DNA of 61,804 bases, filler included, from Globobulimina sp. (Eukaryota), in assembly GCA_003354225.1 (NCBI GenBank). It is 24 parts of 24 records of this genome, joined end to end, with 100 filler letters (N's around TTAATTAATTAA, not from the genome) between each part and the next. Parts side by side here need not be neighbours in the genome. Positions count along the whole stretch, not along the records: positions 36,122 to 38,600 come from PIVH01006440.1; positions 38,701 to 41,179 come from PIVH01006441.1; positions 41,280 to 43,758 come from PIVH01006442.1; positions 43,859 to 46,336 come from PIVH01006443.1; positions 46,437 to 48,914 come from PIVH01006444.1; 19 more parts are not named here. One strand, written 5' to 3'. A program made the position numbers and the translations under genes. This document shows positions 36,122 to 49,014 of the stretch, piece after piece. The notes under the pieces were generated by a model. That model saw only the letters and a list, made by a program, of their open reading frames with translations. It did not search any database and was not told the DNA's origin. How positions within the stretch are numbered: the first letter of the stretch is position 1; each line of letters opens with the position of its first letter.

Positions 36122-36752
36122 AGATGCATATTACATGCAACCTGAAGCAATGAATGGTAATATTTCAATGGAATCAGATGTTTGGTCATTGGGTATATTA
36201 GCAACTGAATTAGCAACTGGTCAGCCTCCAAATTATCAGCTAAAACCTATGCAAGCAATGATGTTGTTATTCAAAGATGAATATAAAATGGATGAGGACA
36301 TAATATTTGGTGCTAAACAATGTTCGAAAGAGTTTAAAGATTTTATTTCCGTTTGCATGGTAAAAGACAAAACAAAACGGGCAAAGTTAGATGAATTATT
36401 ATCGCATAAATGGTTAAAAGATGTCATGAATAAAGAAAAAGAGATGGAATATAGAAATGAATTGAAATTATGGTTAAAGGAGAGATTGGAAGTAGTTATA
36501 AAACAAAGAGATTCAAAATCTGTATTTAAATGGTCTAAAAATAAATCATTTTACACTCAATTATCTTGGGTGGAATTCAAGAAATTGCATAGTGTGAGTG
36601 GTTCAGTTATTACATCTGTGGATAGTGTGTTTTCTTCGCCGTCCAAGAATGATAGTATTTCCAATCGAAGAATTGCTAGCAATTTAAGTTTGACATCAAT
36701 GGAGTTTCAATCAACTCTTGTTATTCATGATGACATCGATGAAGACAAATGA
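36122..36752 (+). CDS. STE20-like kinase C-lobe, 5'-partial
   Basis: YYMQPE, SDVWSLGILATELATGQPP, FKDFISVCMVKD..KR..ELLSHKW. Confidence 0.85.
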
Positions 36753-36856
36753 TTGTCTGTTGATTTTGAAAAGGTGTTATTTAAATACATCTAAATTCCT
36801 TGGGGAAGTCGGAGGAACAACATTTTCTAATTGTTATTTTCAGTGCACTCAAGGCA

Positions 36857-37182
36857 ATGGAAACGAAATTGGCTGAATTCGAGAACGTTAAACAGGTATT
36901 AAAACGTGGTTTGTGTGAATGAATAAGTGATGTGTTATATTTATTAGTTAAAATAAATAGAATGCGTATAACACACAAGAAATTAAATGCATTTGTGGTG
37001 AATATTTAAAGAGAACGATAATTGAGAATGGATCGCCATTAATAGGCGCAGATTGTGATGCATGTGGCAAAATAGCTAAATATGATCATATATTTTGGCA
37101 TTGCACATTTGATAATTATTATATCCATTGTCACGGGTTTGATATTTGCGACAATTGCAGTTTAAAATGTTTGTCTCCTTAA
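36857..37182 (+). CDS. Small ZZ-like zinc-finger protein or exons; intron 36896-36960; not in the ORF track
   Basis: Manual translation KCICGEYL..CDACG..FWHC..HCHGFDICDNC; start codon uncertain. Confidence 0.55.
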
Positions 37183-37349
37183 TTATACTGTTTGCATTTC
37201 TGTAGATAGTTGATTGTGTATTATTTTCCAATAACAGACTGTCAAGAGATATTACCTAAATATTTAGCATTAAAAAATGAAAATAGTTAAGTGCAAACCA
37301 CACAAAATAATTATTAATATATATTAATATATATATTAAAGATGACCAT

Positions 37350-38523
37350 TTGCGAGAAGAAAAGAAACAAAATGTTGATGAATATCCATCAGTAAACGTT
37401 TGCAGAGAGACATCAAATTGTTATCGTTTGAAGAGACTGCTTCATATTTTACGGAGCTACAATACAAATGACATACAAATAGATGCAATGGATATTACCG
37501 AAACGTTAAATGATTATTTGCATATTCAGCACGCACATTGTTTGGATCAGCAATTTGAATCTGTTGTGCAGCAGTTGGGGAATTGTAATATTTCAAAATG
37601 TAGCAAGTTTCGACGGAACAATAGAAACAGAAATGATATTGATACCACCCACAAAGGTACAATGTATATTTCTTTTTGCCGTTTTGATTGATTCATCGCG
37701 TAATGTCCTAATAAGACAACGACGTGACATACGTGGATGAAATATGCAGGAATCTATCAGGTGTTGGAGTAGCCGATATTTTCATTAATAAATTGAAACA
37801 CTTTATAGAATATGAAGAATTTGATAGTGAATCTCTTGAATATGACATGTCAACCAATGACGGAAATATATCAAAATATATCAACAATCAACAGTTTATC
37901 CACTGTATCAAAGAATGTATAAAACATTATGATGGTATGGTATTGTATTTATTTTATATATTATGACATTACATAACATTTTGATAACAATTTATTACAC
38001 AGCGAATGAAGTATGCATTGAAATCATGGATGCAATTCATTGCTATTTTCAACATTGTTATGACATTGGAAACAGATTAACGTTGAGTGAAAAAAGAATG
38101 GTGAATGATACACTATGTGATGATGAAAATGTAGTCGACGCGTATTTGATTAATAAAAAAGTAGCGACCATTGCTCAAATACTAACAGATAAACGAGATA
38201 AACATAAAATTATTTCCAGACAACTATCTGAGAATGCAAATAAAAAATATAACCAATTGTTTTCAAAAGAATATTTACAGTTTGATAAAAAATATTTGTT
38301 TGGTTTTTTGTTTCAATATGGATATACTGACGAACATCAACCAGAGTTGGATGATTATGACATTTATGATATGTTCCAAGTTCACCCAAAATACCAAACA
38401 TTAAAACAAGAATTAACAGCAAACAGTATTCGTGTTATTACTATTCAACAATTTAAAAACGAATATAATAAATCAAAAATAGGGTTGAGGTTTCCTAGGA
38501 GGTCACTCTCATTGACTTTTTAG
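37350..38523 (+). CDS. Multi-exon paralogue of the 27016 ART-family protein (N-terminal region only), possibly truncated
   Basis: Shared motifs CNISKCSKFRRN / CDLNHCLMLRRN, MDAIHCYFQH / VDSIHEYIHH, PKYQTLKQEL / CKYPELRQEL. Confidence 0.55.
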
Positions 38524-38700
38524 TCGCATTTGTCATTTGAATAGTCACTTAGTAACTACGTAGTCACTTACAATAACTAAATAGTCAATGAATTTTGTTG
38601 NNNNNNNNNNNNNNNNNNNNNNNNNNNNNNNNNNNNNNNNNNNNTTAATTAATTAANNNNNNNNNNNNNNNNNNNNNNNNNNNNNNNNNNNNNNNNNNNN

Positions 38701-41000
38701 AGCCACTTCAAACAAAGCGGAATGAGTGCTGTTTTTCAAACTTATTGTAATTAAATAAGGATCGCAGTGGTTAGCTTCGACTGACTCGGATTTGGTTGCA
38801 CCGTCTTTGTAGATTTCAACACCAACAATATTCGATGCTGCTTCGTATCCAATTAATTGCGGAGAAGCAACAAAATTATCATTCATTGTCTTCATTGTTT
38901 GCATAAAATGATTTTGGTAAAATAAGCTCTTCATTTTGAAAACCGCATTTTTGTTGAAACGTATTATTATAAAAACTATTTTTAAACTTTACAGCTTTGA
39001 CAACCTTATTATGTCTGGACTTATATTGGAAGAATTCGCCAGGAAATGAACGGGTTAATGCTAAATGAGATCCATATAAACCGAAATATATCAATTGCTC
39101 AGAAAATAGATTTGTAATATTTGTGGGAGTCGTCAATATTTCAGACTCTTTTAAAACAATTTCAATATTTTCAATTAAAATCTGTGATGCAATGGAGATT
39201 GGAAATAAATCTGTATTTGTGCTGTTTTTGCTATAATTTGTAATAACTCCGTCAATGATTTGGCGCAAATAACGAGTCACTACATCGACAGTGTTTGAGT
39301 TAGCAATGAATGGATTGGATACGATCGTGGCCAATGTGCTTAGTTCAGAGGTTAATGTCCGTTCAAATGCTATGTTGCTGTGGTTGTGAGCAGTGAGTAT
39401 TGGCGACGTATCGAGTATATTGTCAATGATGTCGTTAATTATTACTGCTGCTGTATTTTCATCAAATTTGTTTTCTTGGAATAAGCCATTGATGACAGAA
39501 TATGCTGCGATGGCCACATCATTGGAGTGACCCAAATCTGTGTCGTTCATAATATTATATATTTCATCTATTAATATATCTTCATAATGTTCAATGTTGC
39601 TGTTGTTTGCAAATATTTCTTTTATTGAAGGAAACGACGCAGGAAAGCTATAGCAAGTCAGTGATGACCAACTGTCCTTTATTAATGCAACAATTTCAAA
39701 ATCGCCCACATCGACAATTCCATTTATTGCAGAAGCATCACTCTCAAACATTGCAGACATTGGTGCGTTATAATGGGAAAATAATGCGTTATATGTCAAT
39801 GACTCACCACTCCATCCGGAACATTGCAAATTAAATTGGTTTAATACAATAAATTCATTGTCATCCGCAACAACACCGCATGTACCGCCTGATGGCAACT
39901 TTCGTGTTGTAACCGAAACAGCATCGGATTCAAACATATTATCGAATATATTTATAGCTATTTTGAAACTGTATGCATTTCCTGGTTGTAATAAGTGTGT
40001 GGCTGACTGCTTTCTATCGACACAATATCCACTGTTTTCGGTTCTGATCGAAGTGATTATCAAATGCGATGCAAATATGTCATATTCCTCACCATCAATG
40101 CTCACATATTGGCCAATTTTATCATTATATATTGTCACCAAAGAGTTTGAATAGAAATCGTTTAAAAATATAAACTCATCATTGACCTTATCATTATTTA
40201 AGTTTTTAAGATACCATTCAAAACATGCAAAGCATACTGGATCCAAATTGAATGTTTTCTTAATATATATTTGTATCAAAGTTTCAAATCTTGCAAAGGC
40301 ATCGCCAATAATTTGATTATTTAATGCTTCATTCCATACAAATGTTATGTTCTTAAAAGCCACAGTGGGCGGTGAGGATGGTGGCGATGTTGGCGGTGAG
40401 GTTGGTGTTGAGGTTGGTTGTAATGTCAATAAAGTTGGTGTTGAGGTTGGTGTTGGTGTACAAGGTTGTGGTACTTGTATCTTCCCACCATACACACACG
40501 ACAGTTATGCCCCATATAATGCGTATTGTCCTTCGCTACTATCAAACCTGCCATGCAAGGATATTTCCAAAATATGCGTCCGTGCATTGCCCACTTGAAT
40601 ATTCCACACAAACATACCATCCGCCACAGCCACCACGGGATCAGAATATGCAATCAACGACGACAACATATAATTATCAAGCAAACAATCACAAGGTAAT
40701 TGTAAGCGTATTTGGACGATATCTTCCACTGAGTTATAATCTACAGCCACCGCATACGTTACCTCGGTCAGATCATCATAACACGAATATCGCGAACCAT
40801 AATACGTCAACTCCCAATCCATAGCTTGCGGGGTGCTGACATTGGCACCATTACATACTCCATACTGTTATGAATAACAAACAACATTCCACATTACAAA
40901 TTGATTACAACACACAGTGACATACGTTTCCAGGATTTTCAATCGCCGAACATTGCGACATAGGGTCAATCGGTGTGGTGGTAAACGGTGTGGATGCATA
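38701..41000 (-). CDS. REJ/PKD-like extracellular protein with PT-rich stalk; in-frame TAA at 40505 and frameshift near 38905
   Basis: LLQPGNAYSFKI, LPSGGTCGV, FNLQCSGWSGESLTY, IVALIKDSWSS resemble the REJ module; 5' boundary approximate. Confidence 0.6.
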
Positions 41001-41385
41001 CGAATTCGAATGACATAGTAAAAATTGAGTCGCTGTATTGAGAATGGTGATTTAATGTGTTTAGAGCGGATAAGGAATAAAATACCTATCAAGATATATA
41101 TAATAAAACAATGAATGAAATTCATTGAAAATTTAGGTTTGTATGTCAATTTGAAATGAGCAATGTTACATTATTACTCNNNNNNNNNNNNNNNNNNNNN
41201 NNNNNNNNNNNNNNNNNNNNNNNTTAATTAATTAANNNNNNNNNNNNNNNNNNNNNNNNNNNNNNNNNNNNNNNNNNNNTAAATCATATAAGGTAACGAT
41301 AGCCAGGATTGATAGAAATAGTTGAAGTAAGTTGATAAAAATGCATTTTACACAAAAATATGACACAAATTGCACACAGTCAAAC

Positions 41386-42151
41386 TCATTGTTCTTTTTT
41401 GTCATTGACTGCAACATAAAATTGTACCAAAATCTTCATTCCATAATTTTCATTGTGTGGTAAATACGGAACCGGATCAGTAAGTTCTAATTTTCTCCAT
41501 TTTCCGTTTTTCTCCATTTCATCAAAATATTGCAAATCATTCACCATCAAATCACTTCTATGCGAACAAATAATTATTGAGCCAGGCTTTGTAATTCTAA
41601 GCCATTCATCGAATAATTTAATTTTATTCTTCTCCATCGCATACGTTAATGTCCCAGCACATGTTAACAAATCAAATTCATTCTCATCATAAGGAAAAGG
41701 GAATACATTTAAATTCCATTGTTTTAATTCTCTATATCCTTTTTCCTTTGCCATTGGAAATTGCCCCGTTGATAAATCACTGCCATGCATTATATCACTA
41801 AAAGAATAATAAAAAAAAAAGATACATATAGTTATAACTATAATTATACAAATTAAATGTATGTACACACTCAATATCTGGATGGTTTTCAATAATTTCT
41901 TTTCCGACCAAACCAGTACCACATCCTAAATCAAATACTTTTATTTGTTGGGAATCATATTTTGTACAATGTGTTTTCATGAGACTCGCAGTGATTGCTG
42001 GTACTTCATATCCCCATTCAAGTAAACAATCATCATAAGATCCCGCCCATTCATCGTATAATGATATAGTTTCATTTGAGCCCATGTTCGTATGCAACGA
42101 AGCTAATTTTAATTTCCATTCTTGTGCTGTCAATTCTATCATGCAAATCAT
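41386..42151 (-). CDS. Class I SAM-dependent methyltransferase (METTL27/WBSCR27-like); one intron
   Basis: LYDEWAGSYD, VFDLGCGTGLVG, GSDLS..MAKEKGY, FDLLTCAG, LRITKPG. Confidence 0.85.
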
Positions 42152-42335
42152 TCATAACTGCGCTGTACAATTCTATCAAATAAAACGGAATCATAAAAAA
42201 ACATAACTCAATAATGATAATTTACGAGTTTGCAATGATTTTGATGAAACAGACAATACTCGCCCTATTCTATTAACTAGTTGAAGCATTGTTTTTTAAC
42301 TAAAAAAAAACAAATTAAAAAAACCATTCCATCGC

Positions 42336-43353
42336 ATGGCTTCGTTTCAAGCCCAAGTATTATATGAGTACGCCGCCCAAGATGACGATCAATTGACCAT
42401 CAAACCAGGAGAAATAGTTTCCATCATAGACTCCTCCCAAGAGTTAAATGGCTGGGCCTTGGCTCAAAAGGGCGACCGCGAGGGCTACGTACCCGCAGAA
42501 TACGTCCGCTCCATAGATGTGGATGCGCCCACACATCAACCATACGTCTCCTCCGAATACAACACCTTATCAGACGGTTCCTGGCAACCCTCCGGCTTCA
42601 AAACCTATTACGAAACAGTCTTATCACAGGAACATCGTTTGCCATTTTGCTTCAAATTGACCAAAGCATGCCGGGACGTCTTAGTGCCATGTCCCTGCTC
42701 CCGCTTTGAGTACGTAATGGCGAGAGGCGAGTCGCGAAGAGGCGCTCTGTTAACTTTGCTGTTTGGATTTATAATCTGCTCCTTTGATGCGTTTAGCATC
42801 ATTGCGCCGACATTGCCCTTTGGCAGTACTGAACAAAGGTATGTTCTTTGGCTGTTATATACGTTGCTATGTGTTCGCATGCGCAAAATCGCATAAATTT
42901 TATGTACAATGTCACAGTGCGAGCATAGGCCAGATAGTGGTCTGCTTAGTCAATTTCATATTGCGTGTGTTGTTGACACTGTTTTTTATCAATCGGTATC
43001 CGCGACAAAATTTGAATTTCACAACGTTTCCATTGCTCAATGTGATAGCATCGAGCACGTATTTCTTTCGTGTGTACGAGTCATTGGAGTTGGGCGACAA
43101 CAAAGAATATGACGGATATAGGTATTATAGGTCATGGATGTGGGCCTCTTTTACTAATTTGCCATTCGAGATTGTTGCATTGATATTGGTGATTGTCAAA
43201 GTAGGCTCTGGCTCCATTGCGCTGTCCGTACTTGTGTTGGTGGGCAATTTATTGAATGTGGGACGCTGCTTTTTGGCCTCATGGGCGAGGAAGGAATCTG
43301 GTAATGATATACATCCTGATTTTGAGCAAACTATTAAACGATATAAGTTGTAG
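42336..43353 (+). CDS. SH3 domain + multi-pass membrane protein; one intron
   Basis: AQVLYEYAAQDDDQLTIKPGEIV..GW..GYVPAEYV, then several hydrophobic helices. Confidence 0.8.
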
Positions 43354-43497
43354 CTATTGTCATTGTTATGAAATTCAAAGGAAATTAAATGATGGTTTTT
43401 TAATGTTAGAAAAATTGATTTGTGTAATTGTATTTTGTTTGTTTTTTTCGTCGTAGGAAGCAAAGGCTTGTTGAACATTTAAATTTAAACAATCGAA

Positions 43498-43758
43498 TTA
43501 ATTATTAAATCTATCCAAAGCACCAACGTTAACTTTCTTTGTCTGCGCATATACCGCAGCGGGAATAGTTTGTTGCTCCAAATCTATCTCAACATCAACA
43601 TCAATGGCAATCTCATTTGGATCAGCATCAATCTCATTTGCTTTATCCAACGATACCGATTCCATTTGCTGTTTGATATTCTCCTCAATTTCTTGTCTCT
43701 GCAACGCCCTTTGTTCCATCTGTTGCAATTCACTCATTTCCGTATCAGCATTCTCTCC
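43498..43758 (-). CDS. XAB2: Pre-mRNA splicing factor SYF1/XAB2 C-terminus, 5'-partial
   Basis: DPNEIAID..LEQQTIPAAVY..GALDRF resembles the SYF1 tail (NPEEI..LEQQSVPAAVF). Confidence 0.6.
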   Translation of the reverse strand, partial: GENADTEMSELQQMEQRALQRQEIEENIKQQMESVSLDKANEIDADPNEIAIDVDVEIDLEQQTIPAAVYAQTKKVNVGALDRFNN

Positions 43759-43994
43759 NNNNNNNNNNNNNNNNNNNNNNNNNNNNNNNNNNNNNNNNNN
43801 NNTTAATTAATTAANNNNNNNNNNNNNNNNNNNNNNNNNNNNNNNNNNNNNNNNNNNNTGATGAATTTAATGAATTGATGGATTTGATACATTTTTTATC
43901 CCATAAAACAAATCAAAAGCTATGTAATTATAATAATCAACATATAATATGTATTTATCCAATCACTATAGGTTCTTTTTTGGACAAAACATTG

Positions 43995-44136
43995 TATCCA
44001 AATTCAGTATATGATCTTGACGGTAACGTGTGTTCCGAAAACAAAGTTTTTAACGGCCTCGGGGCGCGCCCCCCTCGACGTTAAAAACTTTGTTTTCGGA
44101 AACACGTTCCCGTCTCGATATTACTGAATTTGGATA
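43995..44136. mobile_element. 142-bp near-palindromic element (MITE/foldback-like)
   Basis: Arms TATCCAAATTCAGTA / TACTGAATTTGGATA and TTCCGAAAACAAAGTTTTTAACG / CGTTAAAAACTTTGTTTTCGGAA around a central GGGGCGCGCCCC. Confidence 0.65.
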
Positions 44137-44546
44137 AAATACTATTACTATACACAACGACACAACACAGAAAAATGGAAATAACTTAACAACAATATTA
44201 TAGTTATGCAGCTTGTCCTACTGTCACCTCATCATATCATTAATATTATATCATTTTAATATAACAGCCTCCTCAATTATATCACCGACAGTTTGATTCA
44301 ATGTTTATACACCAAATCATTCACATCTTGGTCCAAACCATAATATTGAAGAGAAACTCCATTTTCTTCTCAAGGCTGCAAAAAAAGATTAAATTGTTTT
44401 CAACACAAAAATACAGCAAACGTTTCTGCAAACTACAACAAACTTCATGTGGTTTGAAGAAAAACGAAATCAACACAAAATAACAAACACAAATAACACA
44501 CTCAATACAAGTACATAATAATACTAAAATTATAATTTCAAACAAA

Positions 44547-45336
44547 TCAAACACACGGACAGAATTCCCATGAAAATCCAGCATTTGATAAACCTGCGGC
44601 AACATCAATGTACCAATCAAATATAATATTTGATATTGCTGTCGCTTTATTTTCTGATTTCAAGCAAAAATAATCCATGAATGTTTTTGATAAAATTCGA
44701 GCAATACATGCTCGACGAAAATCTTTATCCTCTCCTTTCATTTGCGCTAAAAAATTATTAATTGATAAATCAATACCATAATATGCCTTATTTCCGATAA
44801 TAATGCCTGGATAACTTTGATCTTTTCTTTCGCAGTAAAATAGATCTGTATCCATACAAATCACTGCATGAGACTCTAATTTGTTTCTTAAGCAATTGGT
44901 TGATGCCATAGTATAATCTGAGTTTGACCTAACATAGCTTTTTAAACCAGAATAACTGCCAATATATATTTACATCTTATGTTGAATTAAGTTAAAAGGT
45001 AATATGTATGTATACATACCCATTTATTATAGCGTCTACAGCCACTCTAATATCAGCAAAACACGATACTCCATCATCATTATAACAGCCACCTCTTCTA
45101 CAAAGACCTTGACAGTTACAATTAATACACTCACATCCTGTTGTGACTAAGTCAACTTTTGGTTCAATATCAGCGGTACTGCCTGCACTTAAATTTAAGT
45201 ATCCTGATTGTACAGAAATATATAAAACAACAGTTACAATGAGAGCTGCAATGCTCCCGATTACAAAATATCTTGTTTTTTTGTCTTTTACATCTCCACT
45301 GATAGCATCCGTCTGTAACAAAGCAGGTGTTTCCAT
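44547..45336 (-). CDS. Type II membrane Cys-rich hypothetical protein; one intron
   Basis: METPALL start, one TM, CECINCNCQGLC, continuation in the 44547-44909 ORF. Confidence 0.5.
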
Positions 45337-45526
45337 GTTAGGTTTGCGTTTCTGAATTGTAGTAAAGTAAATGTGTTCGACTCCAAAAAGTATCAGCTCA
45401 AAAAGCATGACACAATAAACATCTCAGAAAAGAACAAAATATAATAATTGACGTATTTGGGAGCAATAAATCGTAACAAAACTGATATAATATTATTTCA
45501 TTTCAGCCAGCAACATACAGAAACAA

Positions 45527-46018
45527 ATGGCTGCAGGATTTTTACCCGCAATAATAATTGGATTTTTTATCTCTGGTTTTTTGGTGTTAGGTCATGTATT
45601 TGGGATGTTGGCCGCAGAATGGTCTATGGATATATTTGATTTTTACCCGACGTGCATCTATGACAATTGGTACGATTTTGTGAATGGTGATTTTAGCGAA
45701 GCATTGAATGCGTGTTCATGGGCTGGATTGATAATTGCTGTCTTTTTGTATGCCGCATTGATTGTGGGTAATAGAGGCAATATGATGGCGCCCTTTTATG
45801 TCGTATTTTGTATTTATATTTTTGCCTACATCGCATGGGCGGTATTATTGCTGTACATATGGCTATTTTTTAGTTATGTCTATTTTGAGGAAACATATTT
45901 AGTGCAATCATGTGGTGGTTTAGAAGAAGTTCGCAATATATGGTGGATATGTCTTGCCGCCCTCGGAATGGTTTTGCCTGCTTCATGCGGATTGTGTGTC
46001 TTTTTTTGTTGGAAATAA
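45527..46018 (+). CDS. Four-TM hypothetical membrane protein
   Basis: 163-aa ORF with four hydrophobic segments. Confidence 0.55.
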   Translation: MAAGFLPAIIIGFFISGFLVLGHVFGMLAAEWSMDIFDFYPTCIYDNWYDFVNGDFSEALNACSWAGLIIAVFLYAALIVGNRGNMMAPFYVVFCIYIFAYIAWAVLLLYIWLFFSYVYFEETYLVQSCGGLEEVRNIWWICLAALGMVLPASCGLCVFFCWK

Positions 46019-46436
46019 ATGAAATATTAAACAAATGACATTGGAAAATGTACTTGAAAAAGCGACTCGTTTTCCAGCTGAATTAATTGTTGTAATGTGC
46101 AAGGATCAGTGATGTTTAATGTATACAAATTCTTTTGTTTTTTATGAGGATGTCTTACTAGCAAAGTTTTGAAGCATGTCAACCTCAATCAAAACAGAAG
46201 AATTACAAAAAGAACAATCACGACGAGATTCAAAAACATCACAGTGTTGTACGATTGTGTTATATTATATTACTATTATATTACGATTGTGTTGTACGAT
46301 TGTGTTATAGTTGAAATTGAGCATATCAACGATGTANNNNNNNNNNNNNNNNNNNNNNNNNNNNNNNNNNNNNNNNNNNNTTAATTAATTAANNNNNNNN
46401 NNNNNNNNNNNNNNNNNNNNNNNNNNNNNNNNNNNN

Positions 46437-46865
46437 ATAACACCAAAAAAACAGCCAAAACAACAGAAACCAAAAGAAGCAGCAAAACAGGAATATGTGA
46501 ATGATTTATATAATTATGATTATTATCAAGATGCAAATCAAGTTTATGTATGTTTTTATTATATATTTATATACATTACATTCATATAAAGTATAAACTG
46601 TAATTGCTGCTGACAGGACGCTTTATTGTCAAATGATTATTCAACTCAAAATGATGTTTATCAGAGCAATATGAATCATTACAATCATCAACAACACGAT
46701 TCATTGGATTTGGACATTTCCATATTGATAATAACTACAATTGGTTTGCTGTGTTTATTCATAGGATTTGTATCAGCATGTATTATATACAAATTTGTAA
46801 ATAAAACAAACAAAACAAAGCAATATACGTCTAACGATAGTGATTCTGATCAACATAGAATCTAA
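46437..46865 (+). CDS. C-terminal fragment of a single-TM hypothetical protein
   Basis: ISILIITTIGLLCLFIGFVSACIIY TM followed by a basic tail. Confidence 0.4.
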
Positions 46866-47013
46866 TTTTAAACTGTTAGCGAGTCTTAGTGTTTTTCATG
46901 CAATCTCTCAACATATTATCCTTGCACTTTGTTCTTATTTCACAGAAAAACTCAAATGTAAAAAATATAAATTCAATAATCAAAACAATTAAATCACACA
47001 TTCAGTCATTCAC

Positions 47014-48192
47014 TCAATACCCAGCGGTTAAAACACCAGCATCCCCCACAGACCCAACAACAAACTCATCCTTTGCTACATTACCCTGTAAAGTTTTTAC
47101 TTGAAGTGGTACTACTTTCTCATCCCTGCCACCTTCATTTGCTTGCAAAGCTGCAATTTCTTCATAAGTTTCACCATCTTCATACACAAATCCATCAGTC
47201 ACTTTTCTGGTTTTGTCCACTATGACTATCTCTGATTGTAACTCCATACTCGCTTCCAATTTGTGCGAAACATTAACTCCATTCGCCGTTTGAACATACT
47301 CGTTTCCATCATCGCCAACCAATAAATTGTTTACATCGTCCTGGCTATGCGTTTGTACATTTTCTATCATCAAATGTGGCACCATTTCCACATCGACTTT
47401 TGCATGTTGATATTTATTTTTTTTCCGTTTCTGTATTGTAAATTTTAACAGCAAAAATCCAACCAAAATAATACAACAAACAAGCGTTGCTGCACAAATA
47501 ATTAAAATCATTTTTAAATCAATTTTGCCTGCATTTCCCGCAGTGGATGGCTTATTTGTGGAATATATTGGTTTCATGGAAGTTGCAGTATCAACAACAG
47601 CCGCATTTTCTGCAGTTGGTGATATTGTCGGTATGGTAGTGGTTGGACTGTTGGATGGAGATTGTGTATTTATGGTTGGTGTTTGCGTTGGAACATTTGT
47701 GGGGAACTTTGTCGGCGAGTTGGATGGAGATACAGTTGTTTCTGTACATATGGGAACACTTTTTTGTCCATTTAAAATTGCATTGCAAGCAACATCGTCC
47801 CATAGTAACTTAAATGTGTTTCCTAAGCGGATACAACTTGGAGTGTCAAGTGAATTTGGTTCATTTGCGCTCCATGGTGGTTGTCCAAAATCGCTGCCAT
47901 AATCGAATGCTGAACCATCACTCCAAGAATATGTGTTTACATCGTTGTAATCTGTTCCTTCGTGTTTTAATCCTGTCCAATAATTGTATTTATGTGGATA
48001 TGGATCTGTTTGATTTATTATAGCTTTTATTGCATTGTATTCTGTCAGGCTGTGGATGGAAAATAATTCTAGAGGAGGTTGTTGCTCATGACACCAAGAG
48101 CTTGCCTCAAACCAGGTTGATTTTGCTGTGCCGATGGTGAACTGTTGTGAGTATGTTGTTGATAAGACGAAAATTAAAAATAGTAGTGTCAT
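47014..48192 (-). CDS. C-type lectin type I membrane protein
   Basis: Signal peptide, TWFEASSWC, YWTGL, WSDGS, WSANEPN, WDDVAC, PT-rich stalk, TM. Confidence 0.9.
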   Translation of the reverse strand: MTLLFLIFVLSTTYSQQFTIGTAKSTWFEASSWCHEQQPPLELFSIHSLTEYNAIKAIINQTDPYPHKYNYWTGLKHEGTDYNDVNTYSWSDGSAFDYGSDFGQPPWSANEPNSLDTPSCIRLGNTFKLLWDDVACNAILNGQKSVPICTETTVSPSNSPTKFPTNVPTQTPTINTQSPSNSPTTTIPTISPTAENAAVVDTATSMKPIYSTNKPSTAGNAGKIDLKMILIICAATLVCCIILVGFLLLKFTIQKRKKNKYQHAKVDVEMVPHLMIENVQTHSQDDVNNLLVGDDGNEYVQTANGVNVSHKLEASMELQSEIVIVDKTRKVTDGFVYEDGETYEEIAALQANEGGRDEKVVPLQVKTLQGNVAKDEFVVGSVGDAGVLTAGY

Positions 48193-48388
48193 GGTTGCGG
48201 AAGATGCTTAAAAGTTACTGGTCGAGCAGCTTGGCTTTGCATCTGGAAAATCCATAACAACCCACAATATGTGAATGAGACCAGCAGCTGATTTAATTGA
48301 TCGATATGGATCAATTATGATAATTAATTAATTAGGCTATAAATAGCAATTAAACCCCGAATAAAATACTAAACCACAGAATAAAACA

Positions 48389-48914
48389 ATGCCTTCAAAA
48401 GAGATTGGGAGAGCCATTGATGAATCAAAACTAAGTCTAATTACTGTCGAAGAACAAAGTGAAGAAGAAAATGCAACAACTGGATGGAATAAAAAAATGT
48501 ATTGTAAATCATGTAAAGATTATTGTTGTTTTGTAAGTGGTTTATTTTTCGCCATTCCTTTCTTCATTGCAGCTTTTTTAATATTTACATTATTATCCAA
48601 TTCCTCCTCAAACAGCAAGGATGTCATGACAAAGCCATCAAACCTCACATTCGCAAACTCATCGCTAGGTTCAGATCACATTTATTTAGAATGGAAAGCA
48701 CCACAATCAAGCGGTGGGTCATTTATTCAATCATATTCATTGCAATATAAATTAGATAATGATCTCGATGCAAATTGGACTGATATTTTTATGGCAGACA
48801 AAGGATTATTATTACATCAAAACGTTACAGAATTAACAGCTTCGACAGAGTATCAATTCAGAATTAATTCATTCAATTCACTTTTAACTTCGAGTTGGAG
48901 TGAAATCTATAATG
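48389..48914 (+). CDS. Type II membrane fibronectin type III protein, 3'-partial
   Basis: TM, then KPSNL..IYLEWKAPQSSGGSFIQSYSLQY..VTELTASTEYQFRINSFN. Confidence 0.85.
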
Positions 48915-49014
48915 NNNNNNNNNNNNNNNNNNNNNNNNNNNNNNNNNNNNNNNNNNNNTTAATTAATTAANNNNNNNNNNNNNNNNNNNNNNNNNNNNNN
49001 NNNNNNNNNNNNNN

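Noticed and set aside
29011-40507. Genome-wide ciliate-type code (UAR=Gln)
   Set aside because: Long ORFs of 400-800 codons have no internal TAA/TAG, and conserved genes such as CFAP299 end in TAA
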